Of a stretch of DNA of 52,401 bases, positions 1 through 12,513 are shown piece after piece. Position 1 is the stretch's first letter. The number at the start of each line of letters is the position of its first letter. Position numbers and translations under genes: made by a program. Below the pieces are notes generated by a model. It was not told the origin of the DNA. It ran no database searches and saw only the letters and a list, made by a program, of their open reading frames with translations. This DNA is from Nemertoderma westbladi (lineage: Eukaryota; Animalia; Xenacoelomorpha), in contig JAUCBJ010006014.1 in assembly GCA_032718475.1 (NCBI GenBank), positions 1-52,401 on the forward strand, read 5' to 3'.

Positions 1-1190
1 TAGTATTAGGTAGAAATACTATATCATAAGTATTAGGTAGAAATACTATATCATAAGTATTAGGTAGAAATACTATATCATAGTATTAGGTAGAAATACT
101 ATATCATAAGTATTAGGTAGAAATACTATATCATAGTATTAGGTAGAAATAGTATATCATAGTATTAGGTAGAAATAGTATGTCATAAGTATTAGGTAGA
201 AATACTATATCATAGTATTAGGTAGAAATAGTATATCATAGTATTAGGTAGAAATAGTATGTCATAAGTATTAGGTAGAAATACTATATCATAAGTATTA
301 GGTAGAAATACTATGTCATAGTATTAGGTAGAAATACTATATCATAAGTATTAGGTAGAAATACTATATCATAAGTATTAGGTAGAAATACTATATCATA
401 GTACTGTATTAGGTAGAAATACTATATCATAAGTATTAGGTAGAAATACTATATCATAGTATTAGGTAGAAATACTATGTCATAAGTATTAGGTAGAAAT
501 ACTATGTCATAGTATTAGGTAGAAATAGTATATCATAGTATTAGGTAGAAATACTATATCATAGTATTAGGTAGAAATACTATATCATAGTACTGTATTA
601 GGTAGAAATACTATATCATAAGTATTAGGTAGAAATACTATATCATAAGTATTAGGTAGAAATACTATATCATAAGTATTAGGTATAAATACTATATCAT
701 AGTATTAGGTAGAAATACTATATCATAAGTATTAGGTAGAAATACTATATCATAGTATTACGTAGAAATACTATATCATAGTATTAGGTAGAAATACTAT
801 ATCATAAGTATTAGGTAGAAATACTATATCATAGTATTAGGTAGAAATACTATATCATAAGTATTAGGTAGAAATACTATATCATAGTATTAGGTAGAAA
901 TAGTATATCATAGTATTAGGTAGAAATAGTATGTCATAAGTATTAGGTAGAAATACTATATCATAGTATTAGGTAGAAATAGTATATCATAGTATTAGGT
1001 AGAAATAGTATGTCATAAGTATTAGGTAGAAATACTATATCATAAGTATTAGGTAGAAATACTATGTCATAGTATTAGGTAGAAATACTATATCATAGTA
1101 TTAGGTAGAAATACTATATCATAGTATTAGGTAGAAATACTATATCATAGTATTAGGTAGAAATACTATATCATAGTATTAAGTAGAAGT
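1..1190. repeat. Tandem minisatellite, 25/26 bp unit (TAGTATTAGGTAGAAATACTATATCA[TA]), truncated by window start
   Basis: Directly visible tandem units with recurring variants (AAATAGTA, TATGTC, +CTGTA). Confidence 0.97.
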
Positions 1191-1231
1191 ACTACTGTAT
1201 ATCAGATTTCGCCGATCGGAGCTCCGCTTCG

Positions 1232-1415
1232 CAAAATCGCCTCCGCTTTGCAGGACATTGCTTTCGCCGTGAGGACGAGCCAGTGCATAATCTTGTGCTT
1301 TGGCGGCCTCATGGAGTGGATAAGCATGGTGGACAGCCTATGACTTTCTTGAGACGCATCTTAAAAGACACTGGCCTTGAAGATGCGGATGATCTAGCAA
1401 ATGCCATGGGTGATA
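1232..1415 (+). mobile_element. RTE-clade LINE 3' fragment
   Basis: Near-identical to ~25154-25337 (QNRLRFAG..FRREDEPVHNLVLW..HGGQPMT..LRR..KDTGLEDADDLAN). Confidence 0.85.
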
Positions 1416-1419
1416 TTAC

Positions 1420-2353
1420 TTAGGGTGGAGCATGACCCCGCGCCCGGGAATTAAATAGGCACCCCTTAGGGTGAAGCGTGACCCCGAGCCTGGGAGTAAA
1501 TAGGCACCCCTTAGGATGTACCTTCACCCCGCGCTCGGGAAATAAATAGGCCCCCCTTAGGGTGAAGCGTGACCACGCGCCCGGAAATTAAATAGGCACC
1601 CCTTAGGAAGAAGCGTAACCCAGCGCCCGGAAAGTAAATAGGCACCCCTTAGGGTGTAGCGTAACCCCGCGCCCGGAAAGTAAATAGGCACCCCTTAGGG
1701 TGTAGCGTGACCCCGCGCCCGGGAAGTAAATAGGCACCCCTTAGGGTGTAGCGTGACACCGGGCCTGAGAAGTAAATGGGTACCCCTTAGCTGATGAAGC
1801 GTGACCCCGCGCCCGGAAAGTAAATGGGCACCCCTTAGGGTGAAGCGTGACCCCGCGCCCGGGAATTAAATAGGCACCCCTTAGGATGAAGCGTGACCCC
1901 GCGCCCGGAAAGTAAATGGGCACCCCTTAGGGTGAAGCGTGACACCGGGCCTGAGAAGTAAATGGGCACCCCTTAGGGTGAAGCGTGACCCCGCGCCCGG
2001 GAATTAAATAGGCACCCCTTAGGATGAAGCGTGACCCCGCGCCCGGGAAGTAAATAGGCACCCCTTCGGGTGTAGCGTGACACCGGGCCTGAGAAGTAAA
2101 TGGGTACCCCTTAGCTGATGAAGCGTGACCCCGCGCCCGGAAAGTAAATGGGCACCCCTTAGGGTGAAGCGTGACCCCGCGCCCGGGAATTAAATAGGCA
2201 CCCCTTAGGATGAAGCGTGACCCCGCGCCCGGAAAGTAAATGGGCACCCCTTAGGGTGAAGCGTGACCCCGCGCCCGGGAATTAAATAGGCACCCCTTAG
2301 GGTGTAGCGTGACCCCGCGCCCGGGAATTAAATAAGCACCTCACAGGGTGAAG
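1420..2353. repeat. GC-rich tandem minisatellite, 46 bp unit (~20 copies) with higher-order structure
   Basis: Unit TTAGGGTGAAGCGTGACCCCGCGCCCGGGAATTAAATAGGCACCCC; a variant block recurs at 324 bp spacing. Confidence 0.95.
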
Positions 2354-2367
2354 AGAGTGATCTGCTC

Positions 2368-3910
2368 CGCAGTATTTCTTATTGTATAGAGATTAACATC
2401 CCAGCACTCTTCGGCAATAGAACTATACTGTATAACACTCAGCATGTAGTCCTAACAATGAGTTATTGCAACTACAGAGGCCGTTGTATCTATCTCTACT
2501 GATTCGATCGGCTACTAAACGTATACTAAGTAAACCAGCTGGTACTTAATTAAATATAATATAAATATAATACATTCCAGCAAACATGTAAAAAATACCC
2601 TGTACTTACGAACTACTTACTTATATAACATACAGTATAACGAAAAATATCAGGCGAGGTGTGTTTTTTGTTGAAACGAGAATCAGACAGGGAGTCATGT
2701 GAACCCTATTTCGACTAGGTGCTAATAACTATATAATTCAGTGCCACTCCTTCCCCATTATTGTAAACCGAAATTGTAAAGTTTTGTCTCCAAGTCGAAC
2801 TGTAATTGGCTATAATCTAAAACGCTCTTAACGAACTAAATGTTATAATTTTGGATAATAATTTAAATATTTTTAGAATTACTGTATCTTATTATCTGTA
2901 ACTGTGTTATAATTAATATATTTACATAGTTTATAGACTGTTGGAGGTTAACTTAATCTACAATGTGTCCATTGAGTATTGTTTTGTGTCTGTTACTCGT
3001 TGTCGTCGGCACTCTGGCAGACTGCCCGGCCGATACTTCGAAAACTGAAAGTATCTGCGTGGTGGATTGCGCTGTTCACGGTGATTGTATCGGGAAAGAG
3101 GAATGCTGCCCCACTGGTTGTGATGAGAGCATGGCGTGCATGGCAACGGGAGGAGTTGCAACGACCACCACCATCGGAAACGGTGTGGATCACGCAATAC
3201 CCACAAGTATGGCCAGCATGGTTCTTATCATTCTAACCCGAGTATGGTTCTTGTAGAACCTCCAACATGGAGAGGTAGACTTTACAATATGTAGGATATT
3301 TATGGTGGTGGAGGTGTACCAATAATTTACAACGTATTATCTAGTTTGTTATACATGGATCTTAAACGGCTAACAACTTCATGTAGAAATTGGTCAACCC
3401 AGAAATTGGTCAACCCATGCACTATTTATTCCAAAGGCATAAGTTAGTAAAACGATCATCTGTATTTAAAATTTAGCCTACGGCGATAGAAATTGTCTTT
3501 ACTGTTTGTTGCTAAATCACGAAGTTGGCGAACTAAAATTTAAATGGTATTCTTTATTCTCTGAATATATTCTGTGTAATATTCTACAGTATTCTACAAT
3601 ATTACATCAACGTATTTGTAAACTTTACTATTAAATCTATACAACACTATGCTACTTTAATATTTGTTTAACCCCAAAGATGTGGTAGTCGCTTATCGAT
3701 TTTCGATGCTCCAGGGTTGTGTTCCAGAACGTTTGTACTCACTTTTATTCCAATGAGAAGCGCCCCGGTTCAAACCAATCCCAAGATGGAATGGGTGCCA
3801 ACATTTACGATGTACTCCCATCATACAAGGTTCTGTGAAAAAACATATCTGCCAGATATCAAATATATCTGCTTGAACGGTTTTAATAAAATATGTCAAT
3901 AAACCACGCT
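2368..3910 (+). repeat. Segmental duplication copy 1 (WAP gene plus flanks)
   Basis: 2368-2650 matches 7179-7465; ~2805-3910 matches ~12355-14020 apart from an insertion/replacement in copy 2. Confidence 0.9.
2963..3256 (+). CDS. Small WAP/four-disulfide-core protein, signal peptide + single WAP + Thr-rich stalk + predicted GPI-anchor signal (paralogue 1)
   Basis: 97 aa ORF; hydrophobic N-terminus ending GTLA; 8 Cys in WAP spacing (CP..C..C..DC..CC..GC..C); ATTTT linker, GNG, hydrophobic C-terminal tail; intact paralogue at 12514. Confidence 0.85.
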   Translation: MCPLSIVLCLLLVVVGTLADCPADTSKTESICVVDCAVHGDCIGKEECCPTGCDESMACMATGGVATTTTIGNGVDHAIPTSMASMVLIILTRVWFL

Positions 3911-4559
3911 CTATAATAAACTAAAATATAAAGATATAAGATATAATATAAGATAATAGCAATTAATTAGTTAATTAAGTTGATTAGGGTAAAATCATCA
4001 ATTTCAACCTGCCTCCTTAAAGGATATTAATTATTTTCTAGTATAAGAACTGATTTAAATAATTATACTTAAAAGTTATACAGCTGTAATCCCCATACAC
4101 CATTCCATTATAGTTTTTAATTAGTTCAAGAGATTTGCTTTAATAAATGTTTTTAATTGATCGATAGGTAATTAAGTTAAAATGCTTTCCATCACTATAC
4201 TTCCAGTCTCATCATTCCTTCGCATTCTTGATATTGCCTATTAGATGGGAAACATAATCCAATCATCCTTCCACTGAGCTTGCTCTATCTTGCACAATGA
4301 TTGGCTGAATTTAATGGTGATTCTTTAGATATTAGCTAAATGATTTCGTTGAGGCATTAACATGATAAATTAATCTTTTAGTAACAATATTATCGGCATA
4401 ATGTAAGTTTTAATAATTTTTACAAATTGGGTTGCCTCCACACATAAAAATATATTTCTTTTAAAACACTAATTTCCTGTTTATACCTCTGCCTTTCATT
4501 AATCCTTTGTGCTCCTTTGCGGTTGGGGGTGGTGCAGATTAAAAGGGTGGTTGAAGCAA

Positions 4560-4985
4560 GGGGGGAACTTTCCTCTCTTCTTTGATTTATTCTTATAGGC
4601 GGTTTGGTTAAATTTCTTATTTATTTATTTAAATTTCTAAGTACCGATTTTGGGATAGAATTGCTCAATATTAATCTGTATCTGATAACTGAGCCTCGTC
4701 CTGCGCGATGGACCCACGAACGTGTACAATAATAACATATGACAAGAGACGACATATAACATAACATATGCCTAGCGTCTTGCTAACATATATGCATATC
4801 CAATCAGTTAAATCTATGTAACACGTTCGTGGGGCCTTCCCGCAGGAAGGGGCCCAGTTATGAGATACAAATTAAAATTGAGCGACTGTATCACAAAATC
4901 CAAAATCAGTATTTGAGAAATTTAACCATACCGCCAATCAATCAAAGAAAGGGGGACAGTACGTGTCCCCCCCCCCCCCCCCCCC
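4560..4985. mobile_element. Degenerate foldback/MITE-like element with long imperfect inverted repeats
   Basis: GGCGGTTTGGTTAAATTTC ... CCCACGAACGTGT (4599-4725) vs ACACGTTCGTGGG ... GAAATTTAACCATACCGCC (4821-4935). Confidence 0.6.
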
Positions 4986-5009
4986 CTTCATACCAACCAA
5001 TACGCAATA

Positions 5010-5715
5010 CATAACCGTGACATCTACCACCCAAGGGGCGGAAGGGTAGCACAAACTTATTTCCAATCACACGTTCAATATGCGAAGCCATGTGGTTTAT
5101 AGGAAATATCGAGAATTCGAGATAATCGAGAATACGAGAAACTCGATCGAAATACCTGCTCATCCCAGTATCCGTCCGTAGTCACCGGACAGCTGCGGTT
5201 TATTCCCGTAGAACAGTAGAATTCCCGCAGCTTCCGACCCAGTTCGACAACGAATTCGCCTCACACTTTCGCGTGACAGAGAACGTAATCCGGTGCGATA
5301 CACGTCTGCGGCTGCCCGACTTTCAACAATTTCCCCCTGGCGATCCCAGGATCCGGCTGTCCGGGCCGCCGCTTAACCCAAATCGCAATCCTCGTCGATT
5401 CGTCCAGTCAGCCAGTCGTCGACGTAAGTCGGACTCCTCCCACCGCACTCCAAGGTGGGTGGCTTGAGTGAGGCATGAGTAACTTGGCAGTGGCCCGCAT
5501 TACGATCCGACCGACCGCCGTATCCCCAGTGCAGCAGTGTAGTAAATAGAATCTTACTGACAACAGGACAAGCAAGCAATTCCGTAGTATTTATTCCTCA
5601 GTTAATCGCATCTTGATGCCACTCGGCTGCTCGGGTCCAGATACATCGGACTGTCGGAAGCGTTTCAAACATTAATGGAGCGGCATTTGCGGATATTTCC
5701 GATGGTTTTATAATA
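5010..5715 (-). pseudogene. Aldehyde dehydrogenase family 3 (ALDH3-like) pseudogene fragment, many frameshifts and stops
   Basis: Minus-strand pieces IKPSEISAN, PMYLD, TTELL, KILFT, GDTAVGRIVM, TLECGGRSPTYVD, GK, QTCIAPDYVLC, LREFY, DYGRIL, RYFDRV, colinear with ALDH3 motifs (KPSE, TGS..VG, LELGGKSP, GQTCxAPDY, DYGRI). Confidence 0.85.
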
Positions 5716-6679
5716 AATAAGGGGATTCAATATTAAAATAAAAGGCAGAATGGATTATTCCAAAGCCCAATACTGCAATACTGCAATACTGCAATAACAG
5801 TATATAGCTTCTGAGCTTAGGTACAGTTTACAGGTTTAGGTACCATAATCAGCAGTCAGCCTACGATTTATTATCACTGTAAGACAGTTACACAGATGCT
5901 GCACGAAGACCCCACGCAAATTCAACTTGGAAAATTTCTAAACTTTTGCCAGACTACATATGTACGAAGTTTGGATATATTTTATCGAGATTTGGCTGAG
6001 TTATTAACGTTTAAAATTGGACACAACAGATCGACAGATCAACAGACATACCGATTGTGTTAGTGGTACCTGTATGCTAAGCTGGCTTATACACAATACT
6101 TAATACACAATATTCTGGAACAATTTGTTTATGTATGATTAGCTATGCAATATAGATATCGTATAAGCATTCCGCTGTTGCCAACCAACTCATAAAATAA
6201 ATAACACGTTCTAGAATATTGTGTATAAATATTTATTAAATAGAATAAAAGGCCTTCAGAGAACAATAATTCTTGCAATCTTTGAGTGCTTATTTCTCAG
6301 CTGTTTCTCAACGAAATTCAGACATTGTTACATATTTGGAATCCTTTCAACGCAAGCTTTCTCTTGATGTGAAAAAATTACGACTAAAGTGAAGAATGTC
6401 CACGATACGGAGGGTGTGCGATTTCGAAAAAGACACTTTTTTAAAACGCTTATGAATAAAATTTAAAGGCGAAATCGAAAATTCCGGCTTCATGGTAACA
6501 ACCACGGTGAGTGGAACTAGTTGTGTTTCAAATTTCAAGCAATATGATAAAGATTTGTAGAAAAATTTGGGGGGGGGGGGGGGGGTCCGTGTCATGAGAA
6601 AATGACACTATATTACGGGTCATGGTGTATACTGTGTATGTGCTATATACACTATAACTGTTATACTGTAGTAGGTCAT

Positions 6680-7000
6680 GGTCAGACCCCTATGATCTGA
6701 TAAGTAAACAAATGGATACGAATGATTCGTTTGTGAATGAAGAAAGACATGCAAGTATCCTCCCAAATCGACACCTTCAACAAGTGAAAAGGTCTCAGCA
6801 GATAATGTACTCTTTGTCACCCGCTTTGTGCAGCGACTGCACCAATATATCAAATGACATCCCCAAAAAATACAGATACCCATCCTAGATGGATTGCCGA
6901 ATGAATCTGTAAATATAATATATAAAGACTCAAGTTTGTCATTAGGGAAGGGCATTTGATGGGAATTATTTCGCATTTCAATTTTCGGACAATTTTGTGC
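6680..7000 (-). mobile_element. Ty1/copia RNase H remnant (GalEa-like)
   Basis: FTDSFGN ... LIYWCSRCTKRVTKSTLSAETFSLVEGVD..YL ... SDHRGL matches the copia RNase H pattern (D, W.S++.KRV.KSTL.AE, TD). Confidence 0.7.
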
Positions 7001-7178
7001 AAGCTACACAGTAACCTGCTTTTTTCCCATTAATTGAGAATTAACTGGTAATTCTCAGAATAGATATGTTAATTCGAGTCGATTTGCGTCAAGTCTCCCC
7101 CTGCGATAGCAATGGCCGGCTAGCTGTCAATGCAATAACATCTTCTTATCAAGTTAGTATTCTCGTACGCTTCAGTGT

Positions 7179-7465
7179 CGCAGTAATTTTTATTGTATTG
7201 AGATTAACATCCCAGCACTCTTCGGCAATATTACTACACTGTATAACACTCAGCATGTAGTCCTAACAATGAGTTATTGCAACTACATTGTATCTATATC
7301 ATTGTATCATACATTGTTGTACGGTATCTATCTCCATTGATTCGATCGGCGACTAAACGTATGCTAAGTAAACCAGCTCGTGCTTAATTAATAAATATAA
7401 TACTTTCCAGCAAACATGTAAATAATACTGCAGTGGGCCGACTACTTACTTACATAAACGAAAAA
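7179..7465 (+). repeat. Upstream part of segmental duplication copy 2
   Basis: Colinear match to 2368-2650 (GAGATTAACATCCCAGCACTCTTCGGCAATA...). Confidence 0.85.
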
Positions 7466-7759
7466 CGGGGGTGGGGGGGGGGGGGGGGGTGCGCTATTTT
7501 AACACAGTCAATGAAAACCAATACTTAACAGAGCAAGGCTTTGTCCAAATGAATAATTTTTGGTATTAGGGTCAATCAATAACTGAAGGTTGTTTAAAAA
7601 TTTTTTTTTTTGTAATATAGTTATAATAATTTGGTGCTAATTAGTAGCATAAAATTATTACTATTACTAAAAACACTACTCTTCGTACAAACATTAGTTA
7701 TATAACTAGTTATTTCGTATTCATAATTAGGATATTAATCCTATTTAAAAAAAAATTTA

Positions 7760-8560
7760 GCATTTTTCGCATTTCGAAGCCAATAAAAACAGTTAGGATC
7801 AAAATTTTAAAATTCTGACCAATACTTTTAAAGATACCAGGCATGTGGTTACTCTGTCCAAATTTCATGAAAAAATATTCAAAATTGGCAGAGGAGTAGC
7901 ATTTTAAATTTCGTTGAAATGAAAAAATACCATTCCGAATTTTTTCAAATTGCCTTTAAAATTTGAACCTTCCCGCGCAAAAATTGTCCATTAATATGTG
8001 AGAATGTCTGTCAATATAGGCCTATCTATAAATCTATATAAAACCATGCTAAGATTTTTGCTATGGGGGTTTTCCTGGTCACTGGTTTCATTTCTGAGAT
8101 CAATTTTCAATTTTAATGAAATCTAGTTTGTCTGAATGTCTGTCTGTCGGGCTATCTGACTCTCTGACTATCTTTCTGTCAAATATAAGAAAAAGCCACA
8201 TCATTGAGCAAAAAGTTTAGCAATAGGGGTTTTCCTGGTCGCAGAATTCCTTTCGAGTGCCAAGTTTAACATTTGATGACTTCCAAATTGTCTGTTTGGC
8301 TGTCACACTGTCGGTTTGGCTGTCACACTGTCGGTTATATTTTGACAGACAGACAGACAGACATAACCGACAAGGCCAAATTTGATTAATGACATCCGAA
8401 TTGAAGTCACCGACCACGAAAACCCATACAGGCAATTACTTAGACAGATAGTATGCTTTTTATTGGCGGACAGACATACTGACGGACAGACAGCCATATC
8501 TCGAGAAGTAAGACAGATATTGCTAAACGGTTTTCAAATTTGGAATCGTGATAAAAATCT
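7760..8560. repeat. Interspersed repeat with internal direct/inverted sub-repeats and (GACA)n/(TGTC)n tracts; possibly Helitron/HINE-like
   Basis: GGGGTTTTCCTGGTC twice, inverted GACCACGAAAACCC; 7770-7848 also matches ~45891-45969. Confidence 0.45.
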
Positions 8561-8647
8561 GCTCTAGATGAAATAGAAAAAAAAAATTGCAAAAAAATAT
8601 TGAAGTAGCGCTACTTAAAATTGAATTGCTACTAATAAATTGAAGTA

Positions 8648-11600
8648 AAATACCTAGTATATAGTAGAATATCTATAGTAAATACCTAGTATATAGTAGA
8701 ATATCTATAGTAAATACCTAGTATATAGTAGAATATCTATAGTAAATACCTAGTATATAGTAGAATATCTATAGTAAATACCTAGTATATAGTAGAATAT
8801 CTATAGTAAATACCTAGTATATAGTAGAATATCTATAGTAAATACCTAGTATATAGTAGAATATCTATAGTAAATACCTAGTATATAGTAGAATATCTAT
8901 AGTAAATACCTAGTATATAGTAGAATATCTATAGTAAATACCTAGTATATAGTAGAATATCTATAGTAAATACCTAGTATATAGTAGAATATCTATAGTA
9001 AATACCTAGTATATAGTAGAATATCTATAGTAAATACCTAGTATATAGTAGAATATCTATAGTAAATACCTAGTATATAGTAGAATATCTATAGTAAATA
9101 CCTAGTATATAGTAGAATATCTATAGTAAATACCTAGTATATAGTAGAATATCTATAGTAAATACCTAGTATATAGTAGAATATCTATAGTAAATACCTA
9201 GTATATAGTAGAATATCTATAGTAAATACCTAGTATATAGTAGAATATCTATAGTAAATACCTAGTATATAGTAGAATATCTATAGTAAATACCTAGTAT
9301 ATAGTAGAATATCTATAGTAAATACCTAGTATATAGTAGAATATCTATAGTAAATACCTAGTATATAGTAGAATATCTATAGTAAATACCTAGTATATAG
9401 TAGAATATCTATAGTAAATACCTAGTATATAGTAGAATATCTATAGTAAATACCTAGTATATAGTAGAATATCTATAGTAAATACCTAGTATATAGTAGA
9501 ATATCTATAGTAAATACCTAGTATATAGTAGAATATCTATAGTAAATACCTAGTATATAGTAGAATATCTATAGTAAATACCTAGTATATAGTAGAATAT
9601 CTATAGTAAATACCTAGTATATAGTAGAATATCTATAGTAAATACCTAGTATATAGTAGAATATCTATAGTAAATACCTAGTATATAGTAGAATATCTAT
9701 AGTAAATACCTAGTATATAGTAGAATATCTATAGTAAATACCTAGTATATAGTAGAATATCTATAGTAAATACCTAGTATATAGTAGAATATCTATAGTA
9801 AATACCTAGTATATAGTAGAATATCTATAGTAAATACCTAGTATATAGTAGAATATCTATAGTAAATACCTAGTATATAGTAGAATATCTATAGTAAATA
9901 CCTAGTATATAGTAGAATATCTATAGTAAATACCTAGTATATAGTAGAATATCTATAGTAAATACCTAGTATATAGTAGAATATCTATAGTAAATACCTA
10001 GTATATAGTAGAATATCTATAGTAAATACCTAGTATATAGTAGAATATCTATAGTAAATACCTAGTATATAGTAGAATATCTATAGTAAATACCTAGTAT
10101 ATAGTAGAATATCTATAGTAAATACCTAGTATATAGTAGAATATCTATAGTAAATACCTAGTATATAGTAGAATATCTATAGTAAATACCTAGTATATAG
10201 TAGAATATCTATAGTAAATACCTAGTATATAGTAGAATATCTATAGTAAATACCTAGTATATAGTAGAATATCTATAGTAAATACCTAGTATATAGTAGA
10301 ATATCTATAGTAAATACCTAGTATATAGTAGAATATCTATAGTAAATACCTAGTATATAGTAGAATATCTATAGTAAATACCTAGTATATAGTAGAATAT
10401 CTATAGTAAATACCTAGTATATAGTAGAATATCTATAGTAAATACCTAGTATATAGTAGAATATCTATAGTAAATACCTAGTATATAGTAGAATATCTAT
10501 AGTAAATACCTAGTATATAGTAGAATATCTATAGTAAATACCTAGTATATAGTAGAATATCTATAGTAAATACCTAGTATATAGTAGAATATCTATAGTA
10601 AATACCTAGTATATAGTAGAATATCTATAGTAAATACCTAGTATATAGTAGAATATCTATAGTAAATACCTAGTATATAGTAGAATATCTATAGTAAATA
10701 CCTAGTATATAGTAGAATATCTATAGTAAATACCTAGTATATAGTAGAATATCTATAGTAAATACCTAGTATATAGTAGAATATCTATAGTAAATACCTA
10801 GTATATAGTAGAATATCTATAGTAAATACCTAGTATATAGTAGAATATCTATAGTAAATACCTAGTATATAGTAGAATATCTATAGTAAATACCTAGTAT
10901 ATAGTAGAATATCTATAGTAAATACCTAGTATATAGTAGAATATCTATAGTAAATACCTAGTATATAGTAGAATATCTATAGTAAATACCTAGTATATAG
11001 TAGAATATCTATAGTAAATACCTAGTATATAGTAGAATATCTATAGTAAATACCTAGTATATAGTAGAATATCTATAGTAAATACCTAGTATATAGTAGA
11101 ATATCTATAGTAAATACCTAGTATATAGTAGAATATCTATAGTAAATACCTAGTATATAGTAGAATATCTATAGTAAATACCTAGTATATAGTAGAATAT
11201 CTATAGTAAATACCTAGTATATAGTAGAATATCTATAGTAAATACCTAGTATATAGTAGAATATCTATAGTAAATACCTAGTATATAGTAGAATATCTAT
11301 AGTAAATACCTAGTATATAGTAGAATATCTATAGTAAATACCTAGTATATAGTAGAATATCTATAGTAAATACCTAGTATATAGTAGAATATCTATAGTA
11401 AATACCTAGTATATAGTAGAATATCTATAGTAAATACCTAGTATATAGTAGAATATCTATAGTAAATACCTAGTATATAGTAGAATATCTATAGTAAATA
11501 CCTAGTATATAGTAGAATATCTATAGTAAATACCTAGTATATAGTAGAATATCTATAGTAAATACCTAGTATATAGTAGAATATCTATAGTAAATACCTA

Positions 11601-12330
11601 GTATATAGTAGAATATCTATAGTAAATACCTAGTATATAGTAGAATATCTATAGTAAATACCTAGTATATAGTAGAATATCTATAGTAAATACCTAGTAT
11701 ATAGTAGAATATCTATAGTAAATACCTAGTATATAGTAGAATATCTATAGTAAATACCTAGTATATAGTAGAATATCTATAGTAAATACCTAGTATATAG
11801 TAGAATATCTATAGTAAATACCTAGTATATAGTAGAATATCTATAGTAAATACCTAGTATATAGTAGAATATCTATAGTAAATACCTAGTATATAGTAGA
11901 ATATCTATAGTAAATACCTAGTATATAGTAGAATATCTATAGTAAATACCTAGTATATAGTAGAATATCTATAGTAAATACCTAGTATATAGTAGAATAT
12001 CTATAGTAAATACCTAGTATATAGTAGAATATCTATAGTAAATACCTAGTATATAGTAGAATATCTATAGTAAATACCTAGTATATAGTAGAATATCTAT
12101 AGTAAATACCTAGTATATAGTAGAATATCTATAGTAAATACCTAGTATATAGTAGAATATCTATAGTAAATACCTAGTATATAGTAGAATATCTATAGTA
12201 AATACCTAGTATATAGTAGAATATCTATAGTAAATACCTAGTATATAGTAGAATATCTATAGTAAATACCTAGTATATAGTAGAATATCTATAGTAAATA
12301 CCTAGTATATAGTAGAATATCTATAGTAAA
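8648..12330. repeat. Perfect tandem array, 32 bp unit AAATACCTAGTATATAGTAGAATATCTATAGT, ~115 copies
   Basis: Directly visible; no variant unit seen. Confidence 0.98.
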
Positions 12331-12513
12331 ATTTTAAATGATTAAATATAATTGAATTGGCTATATCTACTACACTCAGCATGAGCTAAATGTTATAATT
12401 TTGGATTATAATTTAAATATTTTTAGAATTTACTGTATCTTATTATCTGTAACTGTGTTATAATTAATATATTTACATAGTTTATAGACTGTTGGGGGTT
12501 AACTGAATCTACA

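Noticed and set aside
1741-2247. Repeated short ORFs and a CTGATGA...GAAA hammerhead-like motif in the 46 bp array
   Set aside because: ORFs derive from the repeat; CTGATGA occurs in only two variant units and I could not build stems I and III
3717-3902. 61 aa ORF duplicated at 13815-13997
   Set aside because: Non-ATG start; conservation is explained by the recent segmental duplication
4180-4520. Possible decayed LINE coding remnant on the minus strand
   Set aside because: Only vague similarity, with no diagnostic motif I could confirm
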